Shown piece by piece: positions 1 to 13,700 of a DNA stretch of 64,000 nucleotides. Position numbers and translations under genes: made by a program. The DNA is taken from assembly GCA_002269645.1 (NCBI GenBank), contig NIVC01003659.1, forward strand, positions 1-64,000. The letters are read 5' to 3'. The stretch's first letter is position 1. Each line of letters starts with the position of its first letter. This stretch comes from Macrostomum lignano. Taxonomy: Eukaryota. The notes under the pieces are model-generated. The model ran no database searches. It was not told the DNA's origin and saw only the letters and a list, made by a program, of their open reading frames with translations.

Positions 1-433
1 AAGTGTGTAGCACTGTACGCATTTGTTTTTAAAAACCAATTTAGGAGGACCCAGAGCGCGGGGTGATCTACAGGCAGCGACTTGAGTTCTGTCGCTCGGA
101 CAATTCGGGAGTTTGGAACGGAGTTCTTGTAGGCATTAAAGGTAGGAGCTTCTGGCAGTGATCCTAGCACTTTCTGACACATCATGCGCACGGGAAATAG
201 GGCCAATTAAGGGTAATTTACTCTGGAAAAATATTTCTCGAATAGTAGGGTACAGAGATAGACAATTAGACTAAAGAAGAGACTAATACATCATCACAGT
301 TAATTTTGCCGCCTATAATATTGTTAATAATCATATACACATACAAGTGAGCATCCGGCATGTGCTCATGAAGCTTGTCCTCAAATCAAAATTAGAGTCA
401 GTCTGGTGGAAATTTTCCGCTCCTAATTACCAG

Positions 434-950
434 GTCTCATCCTTATCTTCGGCATCTTCTTTGCCTGGGAGACTCGCAAATAAAGGTGGAGGCGCTGAAC
501 GACAGCAGGCAGATCGGCATCTGCGTGTACAACACGCTCATCATGGCCGCCATCGGAGTGTCGCTGAGCTACGTCCTGCCCAACAGCCAGGCCACGCTTC
601 GATTCGTGCTGGTGGCAGCTTGCATCATCATCTGCTCGACTACCACTCTGCTGTTCGTGTTCGGCAGCAAGGTGGCCGTTGTTTTGCATGGGCTTCATAT
701 TTACTATTGATTTATTCTTGAGTTCCTAAGGAGTTTCTTTAGTTTGAGGCTAAATAGGACAGTGAACTGACGAACTTCATTATCTGTTCATCACCAACCT
801 CTCCGTTTTCAGATGATTCTGCTGGCCCAGCACGGACCAGGTAGAGTTGACGACCTCGCCAACGCTATGAACACCTTCACGGTACAGGAGCGGCTGGAAG
901 GGCAGGCAACAATGCAGGATGACTTCAGCTCTCGCAGTCCCATCGGTTAA
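434..950 (+). CDS. Last two exons of a class C GPCR, GABA-B receptor-like (TM5-TM7 region plus C-tail); gene starts left of the window
   Basis: Exon 434-671 (cag|G..AAG|gt) reads GLILIFGIFFAWETRK / (I)KVEALNDSRQIGICVYNTLIMAAIG...STTTLLFVFGSK, matching the GABA-B 'AWETR..ALNDS.IG..VYN' motif. One base is missing at ~478-481 (A-run), shifting the frame. Terminal exon 813-950 (ag|ATG..TAA). Confidence 0.85.
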
Positions 951-1904
951 TCTTTGGACGCGAATTAGGGACCTTTGATAAACGAGGCTCTCGTCAGATG
1001 ACAGATTTTGAGCTAATATTTCGCTAATGGACTGGCAAATCCAATAAGCCGATTATTATTCTTTGTCCCCTTCAATCCTAGGTTTTATCCGGTCAGCAAA
1101 ATCGGGTTCTAATCCACTTTAGCACTTGCTTATGAGCTACGAGGCAGATTAAGTCTCAATGGCATCAAGTATCGTAGGAAGATTCGTCTATAGAAGACTG
1201 AGTGATTTCGGATATTCCTTGTTCTTAAGCTCACTAATGGTCCTCGCTAAACCTTTCCCGTTTATTCCTCAAATGATTTGAGTTAATCGACTTAGGGCCA
1301 ATCTTTCTCATTTTTCTTATTGTTGTTTTAACGCATTACGAGCGTAGTTGATGTCAAATTTTAAGACGCACAAAATGAATAAAAAATGTGTTTTTTAGTT
1401 GCGTAGAGGCGAACATTCATGGAGGAACATTACATTCCTTCCTTCCATGCGAATGAAAGACGAAGGAATGTAATGCAATTTTAGCAGCACCAGTTGCACT
1501 AACCCTTCGTAGTCATCAGCCCTTAGAAAACAAATCTTAGTTTTTTTGAGCTCATTGCTCGCACAAGCAAATGTAAAATTGTTTATCGGCTGACAATAAA
1601 AATTTATCACTTCGTCTATTGATTTTTTTTCACTTTATCCTTTAACAAAGCGAAACTAATTAAACTAATTGAAAAACTGACTACAAAATTATTATGCAAA
1701 ACGATCCCGTTGTACTATAAGTAGTGCTTCGTTGATATTTATCTTTGCCCCCTACTTTTTAGATATTGGATTGATTTTTCCGCTTGCTTTTGCAGCCTTG
1801 CTCAATAGAATTAACTCCAGTTATAACAGAAATGAAAATTTGTCATTAGTACACTAGAGCATGTTTCTGAACAGCAAATTCGTTTGAACAGCATTTAAAC
1901 GAAC

Positions 1905-2350
1905 GGTTCCAGGACATTTCGTCAACCGGCATTTCGTCAACCAGCATTTCGTCAACCAGCATTTCGTCAACTGGTATTTTGTCAACCAGACATTACGGCA
2001 ACCGGACATTTGGTTCAAGCTAAAATTATTCGTCCGTCATGTTAGCCGTTAACGTTAACATATTTAAATTTAAGTTTTAAGTTTTCTTTTAGAAAATATT
2101 GAAACCATGTGCATGGTATTCAGGTACCATGGTACGAGTATTACGACACCATTGAGGACCGAACGTTTCTACGAAAATTTACTTCCAAGAAGTGTACATG
2201 TTTTAAACAAATTTGAAATCGCATTACCACTTCTCACATTCTCTGGCTGGTGCAGCTATAATAATCAGCTACAATTTTCCGAGTTGCCGTAATGTCTGGT
2301 TGACGAAATGCCGGCTGACGAAATGCCGGTTGACGAAATGTCCGGTCACG
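1905..2350. mobile_element. Non-autonomous DNA element (MITE) whose inverted arms are built of 15-bp tandem units, with an apparent 8-bp TSD
   Basis: Left arm has (CATTTCGTCAACCRG)n then CAGACATTACGGCAAC; the right arm 2284-2350 is the reverse complement with fewer units. AAACGAAC flanks both ends (1897-1904 and 2351-2358). Confidence 0.7.
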
Positions 2351-3383
2351 AAACGAACAGCAATCTCACAGAAACAATTAATAAGTACTGATAATTTTGG
2401 CCATAGACATTTTTGTCTACTCATATTTATAGAGGATTTATTTTTTAATCTGTTAATTCAGAGGATTCTGGAACTCATCCAAAAGGTTTACATGTATTTC
2501 AATGCCACGGACTTGAAGTCACCCTATTATGCAGTTCTGAGTGTACATGACAAGCCAAATAATTTATTGACAAACCCTTAAAGAAAGGACACAGAGCATG
2601 TGTGTTTGTGCCTGAGATAGATTGCTCGTAAGGCTGATTTTGATTGTGCAACAATTCTGTAAGTCTACACTTAAACAGGAAAACAGGAAGTGAACTTCAC
2701 TGGCTCAGCTCCCGTCTCTGACAAAACTCTGTGGCTATAAACGGCAGGTTTAGTTGTTGTCTATGGCCCAACCTCTCTTTGCTGTGTAGGCTCTTAACTT
2801 AACTTAACAAAAGTCAATTAAATCCGCTGGTGCTAGTGAATTAGTCTGCATCCAGCACACACTGCCTTTTGCCGTTCGCAAGTCCAGACGGTAAGGATCA
2901 TTTGTCAAATTTGCTTTTTCGAAGAAGATTTTTCTCTCTTTTTCTCTTTGGTAAAATTGACCTTGTTCTAGAGAAAGGTAGACAATTTTGGTGCCTTTGT
3001 CCCGGAGTCGAAATTGGTGTCAAATATAGGGGTCCGAATCTTCTGGATTGAGTTGGTTGTGCAACAAATTACCCCACTCGCGCGGAGTGGCCAGTTGCGT
3101 GCATGGAATCGGCCATGCAATGAGTTAAAAGTTGCACAAGCCGCTTTCGTCATCCTACGCAGCTTTTTGTTCTTTGTGTGAATGCTAGTTCTTGGTGCTG
3201 CATAACTATTTTCTAAATGGTTATTTCATGGCTAGAGTTTGCGCTTGACCTCCCAACTTGTTAGCAGTTGAACAGAAACTGTATGAAATGGGAAAACCAC
3301 TTGTCGCTGAAATTCACTCACTTTTTTGTTTCGTATTCAGCATGCTTTGTGGTGAGTATTCATAGTCATGCTCAGGTTGATTA

Positions 3384-4250
3384 TGAGGGATGATCAAAAA
3401 GTTCTGTTACTGCTTAATTATTTCTACACATGGGGCTTTTCCTTAAATTTATTGTAGTTGTTACTATAGACTAATTACGAGTATGTCTCCTACTTAAACA
3501 GATTTTTGAAGCCAGTCTTGCTTAGCTCGAGAATCTACTACATTTTTCTTCACTACCAATGAGTGTCTATATCAGTTTCAAGCCAAGCCATACGTGCCAG
3601 GCTGAGCACAGCAACAAAGGAACTCAAGTCTGCGCCTTCATATCGCACCATCATCCGCTGGATTCACAGTTTCGAAGAAGGCGAAGGTGACTTCGAAGAT
3701 GAACCTCGCAGTGGCAGACCCAGGACCTCCACCAGCCAGAGTGTCGTCGCCAATGTCCAGAGCCTTTTTGACGAGGACAGGCGAGTGACTATTGCTGAGA
3801 TAGCAGAGGCCTGTGGCATCAGTTATGGCAGCGTGCTGTCCAGCCCAGCTGGGAATGTTGAAGGTTTGTGCCAGATGCGTGCCGAAACTCCTGGCTCCAG
3901 ATGCAGACTTTTCAGCACCTGCTCCACCTGATCCAATACCGCCAAGAGGAGTTTCTCGACTCTGTCTTGACGGGAGACGAGTCGATGTCGAGTCGAATCG
4001 ATGTACGAGCCGGAGACCAAAGTTCAAAGCAAGCAGTGGAATCGCCCCGATGAGCCCCCCACCGCTGGAGGCCAAGACAGTGCCATCGATGAAGAAGCGG
4101 ATGGGCACCATCTTCTGGGATCGGAAAAGAGTACTGCTGAGTGAGCTGCCTGAGAAGCGGACGGTCACGCGAGACTCCTGCCACACTGCACCAGCTGAAG
4201 GAGGAGAAAGAGGTTCAAAGAGAAGAGGTGCGGACATAAAAGCCTGGATC
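3384..4250 (+). pseudogene. Decayed, 3'-truncated mariner (Tc1/mariner) transposase with 5' TIR
   Basis: TA|TGAGGGATGATCAAAAAGTT mariner-like end at 3382. Translated pieces in shifted frames: SYRTIIRWIHSFEEG..DEPRSGRPRT..DEDRRVTIAEIAEACGISYGSV (HTH), VPKLL, VLTGDES, YEPETKVQSKQW, KRMGTIFWD. Confidence 0.88.
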
Positions 4251-7200
4251 CGCTACTATGGCTGGCATACAGTTTTAAAAACATACTGTAGCTACCATGC
4301 TTCCAGTCTCAAGTCTTTCCCCGAAGGTCAACGAAAACTCGATAAGAGTTGCCAAAAGCAATACCAACAAACAGATTTGCTCGGACTGAACAGAAAAATT
4401 CGAGTCTTATTTCTCTATTGTTTTATTCCCCACTAGCTACGTCAGCGTAAATGCAATGCATCGTAAACTTCGCGATGGCCTTGCCGTGTGTTTGGAGGTG
4501 TGGTCAAAGGCAAAAAAACAGTGGATGCCCGCGTGCTCGCGCAAAGGAACCCGCAGCACACACTATACGAGTGAAACTGGGTCAGTGTTGCTCGCAGAAC
4601 GCAGGAAAGAATAGAGAGATGGAGTGAAAATGCTTTCTGACGGGGGGGCGTACGCAGACACAGCGTACAGTCTGGGCCTGTACACTGCTAGCGGGGGGGT
4701 TTCGAGAAAGATGAAAAGATGAGGCGGGGCACAAGACTCTCCCTCTCTTTCCCTCTCCTGCTCCTTCCTTCTCTCCCCCTGCCCCTCGCGCCCCTCCCTC
4801 TCCCTATCTTGTCCATCTGCAGAGGGGAGAGAGAGGAGGCGTGAAGGACAAGGCCTAGCGGAGCGGCAGGGGAGGGAGGGGAGGGGTGGAGCGGAAGAAA
4901 CCCGGTCGTGTACCGTGGCGCCGCTCTAGACGCATATAGAAAGCTTTGCAGGCTCTGCCAGAGCAGCTAAGCCTGGCACCCTCCGTCTAACCCAATACCC
5001 CGGAAAGGGCCGATAGCAGCGGCAGCAGCGGCAGCAGCAGCAACCACAGTAGCAGCAGCAGCAAGCAGGGACAAACAAACTGCGTAAGTGAAGGCTTGAA
5101 TTGTGTTGTCGGCGTGAGGCATGAGAACCGAGCATGTTTTTAGTCTGGATACGACCCCACCCACAGGCAAATCCCCCTGTAAACCGATTTTGCAATACTC
5201 ATTTTTATCGATCTGTACTGGGGCCTAGTTAGGATGACACGTTTTTCTGCTAAATAGTTTTTTTGAGTGCCAGTTCCAAAGCCAAAAAGCAATAATCGAA
5301 TCTAATACGAAAATTACGTAAATGCAAATAGCTGTCAATGGGAATAGTCTTCAACGCCAACGAGGCTCTAGGCTCCCAGACTGACTATGCTATAGGAACA
5401 AAACTATCATTTTTGCGTTTAATAAACGCTAACTTGAATTTCAAAATTAGAGCAGTTCAAAATTGGGCCCACCGCCCCAAGACAAGATACCAAAGGCTAT
5501 CTCTGCACCCGCTTGCATTGTGGCACTGTTGCTTTTTTGTTGAGGTGGGCCTTGTGTACACCAGTGCTGTCGGAACAATACGTTATGAAGTAAATAACAT
5601 ATTAGCCTTGTTTTTCTTGCTTTCCACTCTTCTTTGAGCCCCATAGCTACCGCCGCTTCTTTGCACTCGCAGTGGACTGGCAAGCAGAAACCTAAACCCA
5701 ATATTTCTGGCCGCCCACACGGACTAACAGTTTCAAAACGGGCCTGATTGTCACGAATTCTCAGTTCATTTTTGCTCGGCTATAAAAGTTGAGTTTTAAG
5801 CATTAAATGTCTAAAAATAAGTGGAATACATGTAGGAGCTGATTGGCATTGTTTACTCGTAAAGCAAGCACGATCAAAATTGGTTGAGGCATTCAGCCTG
5901 TAGAGCAGAATCCTTAAATAACGGGTTTACTAAAGTGCGTAAACCTAAACTTTCCCGCTGCACTAACTGCAAATTGCCATTTTTAGATATCCTTTCTGTA
6001 GTTTGACTGTCCTATGATGAACATCTGGCAGTCATTGTCCCAAATTATTGGTCTTAAAATGATGTGACAAATGAAAATACAAGAAACATGCAAAGTTTGA
6101 AACTATCGTGTGTAAAAAATGATTAAAAGTATGTGTATAAAGAACTTTTGGTTACTATAAAGCGTCCAACACACAGATAGAAACGCAATTGTAATGTGTT
6201 TCCCATAATTGATATCTATGGTAAAAAAAGCCAAAATTAGCCCGCCTAAGCATTCAAGTATCAACCTAATTTTTAACCTAATTTCAATAAATAACCTTTC
6301 GGGGCATAAAAACTTTTGTATTGTATTCCTATTACTATGTTACTATGCTACTATGCGATTCGCTGAATTGGCTCTTATTAATAAAATCTACATCGAACGG
6401 TGAGTGCTTTATTGACCATATGAGAGCATATTTATTAGCATCATACAGCTCTGTGCTCTCTGCTTTGAAGTCAGCATTGTGTTCAGTTATTGTCTCTCTC
6501 CACCATACCGTACACCTGCTGTTTAACAGAAAATGGCTCACCTATAAGCCCCATCTGCACTCGCTTCTGTCTGCGGTATGTTTGGCAATGCTTGTTGTAG
6601 CGTGTTGAGGTTCGAGGTTGGCGCTAAACAAATGCATAGCCCCGTGCCAGGGGTTGGGGCCGCTTGCACAGGGTTTAGGTTGCCTGCTCAGAGCGGCGTG
6701 GGAGTTTCGACCTCTGCGCAGAGGCCGCTATTTTAGACTGGAATTTCACGGGTTTCAGTATGCAACAACGCCCCGCGGGCTTAATACTTTGTGCCGCGAT
6801 GTTCTCGAATTGAAGAATGCTAATTCGCTCTGTAGATCTACATTGCATTTGCTACCCCACCTCTCTCTGTCCCCCTGTCCGCTCTCTTCTTGTACACACG
6901 TCTCTCTTTGTTGGCTGACTTTTCGCATTTAGATTTAGAAGACTGTTACACACTGTAGTCAATAGTTTGGCTCTCTGAGTATAGGAGAATTCTCTTGTTC
7001 TGCAGACACAGCTGGCAGACTCAAACTGCCATCCAGTTCTATTCACTTTTCTCCGTGCTTTGCCAGTTCATTCGTTTTTCCGCTAAGAAGCAAAATTAAA
7101 ATCCAAGTAAGTGTACACATTAGGAAGTTTTTTGTTCTATATAAACAGGAGAAATCATTCACATTCACTACAGGCTGTTTTTTATCATTGTGGGCTCTGG

Positions 7201-7777
7201 ACTTCACTCAGGGGGGGGGCTGCTAAGCTCCATTTTATTGCGCCACCAATGCCAAAGATGGCCAAACCCCCTGCCAAATGCATAGTAGAGGTGCACTCTG
7301 TACATCCATATGTACATGTAGGCACTTTCAGTCGGGTGAGATGGATGGAATTGAAGTAGCCAAAGGCCTTGCACTTGTAGGGAAGGGTGACTACCCTAAC
7401 TAGACGGCTGAACAGCCAGCCTATAACTGCCTCTCCAGTCTATAAACATTTCTTAAGACCTTATTTAAGGCCTTGCCTCAGACTTTGGCGACTGGATCAG
7501 TATCTAATTTTATTCGAGGAGGCAATGAAAACAGAGAGCGCCGCGATGACGTTTCATCGCCAGTTTTTACTGTTCTAAATTCAAGATACAGCGCTAAGGT
7601 TAGAAACATTATTACAAGAAAAGAGAAACAGTGATTTATTTTTGCCTGAACAATGCGCTGTGTTTCTGCTTTTTTTACTATTTGAATGTAAGTGTTATTT
7701 CGTCACATTTTACATGCAATAAGTACGGCTTGCAATGTCCCTCAGTCCGCCCTTTTCCACCTGTTACCAGCAGCAGC

Positions 7778-10700
7778 ATGACGTCTTCAATGATGGCCCA
7801 GCATTTGCCCAGAGTGGCTCGGCTTCTCGCGCGGCCCCGCTGCCACCGGCTGCTGATGTCGCCCGTATCGACGTCAGCTTCGTCGGAGAAGAGCGCCACA
7901 ACTTTGACCGCCACTGAGCAGGTGCCAACCGCGCCTTTGAACAGCCATCCGGAACTGGACTTGAGCTTCTCCGACTACAAGGAGGCATTCCGGAGCAAGA
8001 GCATGTCCGAGCTGATGCGAGCCGTCTTCGTGTTCAACATGTGCTCCATCAGTATGCTTGTTGATAAAAACAAGCAGGTGAGAGCCTTTTTTAACTCTAG
8101 ACAAGAAAAGAATTTTAGCACTGAGACCGAGTTTAGAGAAGTGGGTGATTTGGGTCCCACAGCCCATTTCCGGTCGCCAAGAGTGGCTGTGGCTCTTTTT
8201 AAGTTCAAGTTGTTTAAACTTTCTTTCTAAGCTCATAGCTTCGAATTTACTGGCAAAATTTGTCATTGAGTTACCACAATGCTGGATACTGGAGAGATTA
8301 GACAGATGAGGTAGACTCCGGACATGTTAGGGAGATGCGGGAGAGATTAGACAGATGAGGTAGACATCGAAAAGGTTAAGGAGATACTGGAGAGATTAGA
8401 CAGATGAGGTAAACTCCGGACAGGTTAGGGAGATACGGGAGATGGATTACTCGTAAGGTAGATGCTTCAAAGATTAGAAAGCCACTTGAGATTACTAGTC
8501 TCCTTGGATTAAAATGATACTCCCATATTATACATTTACCACAATTTGCTACTAGCTATATATAGTCCACCTATTACATGTAATCCTTATAGTCCTAGTG
8601 GCCCCTAATGGAATCTGCTGATGCATGACCGGCTGGGGGACAGGAGAATCCAAACCATTATTTTTGTGAGTCAGCAACTCTCACAAGCTTTGCTATGACT
8701 TCTGCCCCTCTCCTTCCCTCACCCTGTTGTCAAGGAGATCATGCTCCATGATGTGGAAGACCAACTACTCCTCAGAATCTGAGAATTCGTACACGAGAAG
8801 GTCACTGCAGATTATCTATTTATACCGAGTTTCCTAACAAATTTTTAATCTTTGACCATTTTTCCATTCTCCCGTGACAGTTGCTGCAGTGAAGAGTGAC
8901 AGTTTAGTTGGCAGTGAAGAGTGACAGTTTAGTTGGCAGTGAGGAGTGACAGTTTAGTTGGCAGTGAGGAGTGACAGTTTAGTTGGCAGTGAGGAGTGAC
9001 AGTTTAGTTAGCGGTGAGGAGTGACAGTTTAGTTGGCAGTGAAGAGTGACAGTTTAGTTGGCAGTGAAGAGTGACAGTTTAGTTAGCGGTGAGGAGTGAT
9101 AGTTTAGTTAGCGGTGAGGAGTGACAGTTTAGTTAGCGGTGAGGAGTGACAGTTTAGTTAGCGGTGAAGAATGACAGTTTAGTTAGCGGTGAAGAATGAC
9201 AGTTTAGTTAGCGGTGAGGAGTGACAGTTTAGTTAGCAGTGAGGAGTGACAGTTTAGTTGGCAGTGAAGAGTAACAGCTTAGTTAGCGGTGAGGAGTGAT
9301 AGTTTAGTTAGCGGTGAAGAGTGACAGTTTAGTTAGCGGTGAGGAGTGACAGTTTAGTTAGCGGTGAGGAGTGACAGTTTAGTTAGCGGTGAGGAGTGAC
9401 AGTTTAGTTAGCGGTGAGGAGTGACAGTTTAGTTGGCAGTGAGGAGTGACAGTTTAGTTGACAGTGAAGAGTGACAGTTTAGTTGGCAGTTTAGTTGGCA
9501 GTAAAGAGTGACAGTTTAGTTAGCGGTGAGGAGTGACAGTTTAGTTGGCAGTGAGGAGTGACAGTTTAGTTGACAGTGAAGAGTGACAGTTTAGTTGACA
9601 GTGAAGAGTGACAGTTTAGTTAGCGGTGAGGAGTGACAGTTTAGTTGACAGTGAAGAGTGACAGTTTAGTTGACAGTGAAGAGTGACAGTTTAGTTAGCG
9701 GTGAGGAGTGACAGTTTAGTTGACAGTGAAGAGTGACAGTTTAGTTAGCGGTGAGGAGTGACAGTTTAGTTGACAGTGAAGAGTGACAGTTTAGTTGACA
9801 GTGAAGAGTGACAGTTTAGTTAGCGGTGAGGAGTGACAGTTTAGTTAGCGGTGAGGAGTGACAGTTTAGTTGACAGTGAAGAGTGACAGTTTAGTTGGCA
9901 GTGAAGAGTGACAGTTTAGTTAGCGGTGAGGAGTGACAGTTTAGTTAGCGGTGAGGAGTGACAGTTTAGTTAGCGGTGAAGAGTGACAGTTTAGTTGGCA
10001 GTGAAGAGTGACAGTTTAGTTAGCGGTGAGGAGTGACAGTTTAGTTAGCGGTGAGGAGTGACAGTTTAGTTGGCAGTGAAGAGTGACAGTTTAGTTGGCT
10101 GTGAAGAGTGACAGTTTAGTTGGCAGTGAAGAGTGACAGTTTACTCGTAGTGGGCGCTGATGCAGGAGTATCTCTATTTCCGTTCTCTCCATACTGTCTG
10201 CAACGCCCACTGCCTGTCGCACGCAGGTGATGCACCTGTCGCGGAAGCTGCTCGGCAAGCGCCTGTTTGAGAAGCTGATGAAGATGACTTTCTACGGACA
10301 GTTCGTTGGCGGTGAGAATCAGGCCGCCATCAAACCGTTGATTGAGCGCAACCGAGCATTTGGAGTCAAGGCCATACTGGACTACTCGGCTGAGCAGGAC
10401 CTCTCCGAGGAAGAGGCCAAGGAGAAAGTCGTTGAGTAAGGGCTTCGAATATTCTCAGTCTTGTTTGTTTTGTTCTATGAAATTTCGTCCTACAGACATT
10501 GGCATTATATTGGATGGACATTTTGTCCGATGGACGCCTCTTCCGAAAATTGGAAGAGGCCATATTGGAAGCATTTAAAATTAGAAATTGATAGACATAT
10601 TTAGCTCTTGTGACACTGAAAGCACAGATCAATTTCTACACTTACGAGTATAAACTAGACTTCTTATTAAATACTAAAATTTTACTTGCCGCCTGAATTC

Positions 10701-13700
10701 CAATATTTTGTAAAAGCAAATTTCAGGAAAGTTTCAATCATTTTGAACGCCATCTTTGAAATTTTCGGACTAAGGTCTCGCAGCCCTATTTTTTAACAAG
10801 TCCCTACCGTATGATGAAGCATTACAGCATCTCTAACTGGCTGAAACTCCCTGCAGAGAGAGCGAGGTTGTGTTCGCCGAGAACGTCACCACTCGAGACG
10901 GCAAGCTGGCAGCGGCTGCTGTTCCAAAGTTCCAGCCGCACTTGGAATTTGCCAACCGGTCTAGCAATGTCATCTCGGCCAAGACCTACTACTATGAGAG
11001 CGAGCGGCAGTGCGACAACCACATGGATATCTTTCTCAAGTGCATCGACTCAGTGTCTGACAGCACCAGAAAGGAAGGCATGGCAGCAATCAAGTTGACT
11101 GCCCTGGGTCGACCGCAGCTTTTGGTGAGCCGTGTTTTCACTTAAGTTTTGATTTGAGCAACTTTTTAAACTTATCTTTGATTAAAATTAATAACGTAAT
11201 AATCTCCTATGATCAGTGATAGTTTAGTTAGCGGTGAGGAGTGACAGTTTAGTTAGCGGTGAGGAGTGACAGTTTAGTTAGCGGTGAGGAGTGACAGTTT
11301 AGTTAGCGGTGAGGAGTGACAGTTTAGTTAGCGGTGAGGAGTGACAGTTTAGTTAGCGGTGAGGAGTGACAGTTTAGTTAGCGGTGAGGAGTGACAGTTT
11401 AGTTAGCGGTGAGGAGTGACAGTTTAGTTAGCGGTGAGGAGTGACAGTTTAGTTAGCGGTGAGGAGTGACAGTTTAGTTAGCGGTGAGGAGTGACAGTTT
11501 AGTTAGCGGTGAGGAGTGACAGTTTAGTTAGCGGGGAGGAGTAACAGTTTAGTTAGCGGTGAGGAGTGACAGTTTAGTTAGCGGTGAGGAGTGACAGTTT
11601 AGTTAGCGTTGTGTTAAACCAGCCAGCACTGAAAGCTTGACTTAACTTGACTGCCAAGCACCCTCATTGGTAACTTCTCCGCAGCTGCAAATCTCCAACA
11701 TTCTGGTCCAAGCGCAGCGGTTCTTCGACTTCATGCACAACCCAAGCGAGGTGCCCTCTCTCGCTGGAAAAGTTGACAAGGAATTTTTCCGTCAGCGGTT
11801 GAAAAACCTCGGCGTGGACTTTGCCTACGACGACGATGTACAGTGGCTCAGCATTCTGCAGAAGAAAGAGGAAGGGTAGGTTTTCTGCGTGTATTTATTA
11901 TTGTACCAAAATAGTGCTACACTCTCTCCGCTCTCTACTTGTGAGTAAGCTGTCTCGTTAATACAAATCCAAACCTCCTAATTGATTCAGCTCCGCGGAC
12001 CTGTTGGCTTGGGAGAATCTCGTGGAGGCAAGGCAGGATCTGGCCAAGATCTTCAAAGTTAAAAGTCTTGTGGTAAGCGTGCTTGCTCTGGCTTGTAACT
12101 TATCGAACTGTTTAAAACACTTTTCGATCCCTGGTTTTGCCACAACTGTTCATAATCTCAAACTATCTCTATATGAAAATACATCGATTTTCATACTGCG
12201 ATGTGAAACCTATGTCAGATTTGGCAGAGTCAATCTGATAATTTTTCGACTCAACAATACGGCCTTTCAGACAGGAAATGTGGAACAAATTGTGCCGGTT
12301 CTTTCCGAGGAAGGTCAGGAAGAGCTGAGGCAGATGCTGCATCGAACTGACACTATTGTGAAGGTAAGGTGGGCGGTGGGCTGTCTCATCGTTTCACTGG
12401 AATGGTTTTTTACGCGTGATCAAGTACATGCTATCACATTAATAACTTTTGCTATTCTCGTTCACAATCTGACAGCTGTTTCTGAAACATACCATGGTAC
12501 TATCGATGCTATGACTGGCTTGTCGTTCTAGTTTTGAGTTGAATTGAAAGTGCTTCTTTTTTCCAGCACGCAATCGACCGTGAAGTCCGGGTGATGATAG
12601 ACGCCGAGCAGAGCTACTTCCAGCCCGCCATCCGGCGCATCACCATGGAGTTGATGCGGAAGTACAACAAGCAAAGGAATGTCGTGTTCAACACCTACCA
12701 GTGCTACCTCAAGGTGAGGAGGGACGCAATACCATATTCACCTGGTCTCTATCTCGGCATCATCGCAGTGTCGCTTTGCTTTAGGCGACGGGAGCCGACT
12801 AGAGACTTGCCAAAGCCGACGTTGCGCAACCTGCAGCGCTGCGGCCCGTCCTGCCTGAGCTCCTCTACCAGCTGCTAAGAGGCAAACTGCCTACAGTAAA
12901 TTTCACTTTCAAATTACGTATGAAGTAGCTAATGAACTCTTTAAGTGTTCTTTAGTTGCCGCAGTCTGCCTGTTTACATATAAATCATTCCCCCATTCTT
13001 CTTTTAACCAAAACCTCCAGTCGGCCCTAGACATGGCCCGGACAGACTTGAACCTGGCAGAGAAAGAGGACTTCTACTTCGGCGCCAAACTTGTCCGAGG
13101 CGCCTACATGAACCAGGAGAGAGAGCGAGCGAGTAGTCTTAAATACGAGGACCCAATCAACCCCACCTACGAGGCGACCAACCAGATGTATCACAATGTA
13201 CTTGACGAAGTGTTCCAGTCCATCAGCCGACGTGAGAAAGGCAAAATCGCTGTTATGGTGGCCACACACAATGAGGACACGGTGCGATTTACCGTCAAGA
13301 AGTGAGTGAGACGATCGGGGTAAAGGCATAAGGACCGCTGTATTTAAGAGAACGAGATGTTTCGAAATTTGAGAAAATATTTTTTAAAGTCATAATAACG
13401 GTTCAGAATGCGTTAGCGAGATTGGAATTTTTTTGTTTTTTAGCTCAAAATTTTCGATTTCACACCCTCTCTTTAGTGTTTGGTCTGAGGTGGCTTGACA
13501 AGTTTTTAGAATTCTGGAGAAAAGTATTACTGGCGACCACAGGTAGCTCGTACTAAAATAACTAGATGGGCCACTTAGGCAAGCCCGAAGAAAATGTTAC
13601 CGGGACAAGAATCGCTAAAAAGTCACTACAAAAAACTCACTAGTGACTCTTGGGCTACTCTTGTGACTTTTTGACGACTCAAACCACTGCACTGCAACGC

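Noticed and set aside
12785-12880. GC-rich exon-like stretch in PRODH intron 7
   Set aside because: No clear donor, an early stop in the required phase, and the protein is complete without it.
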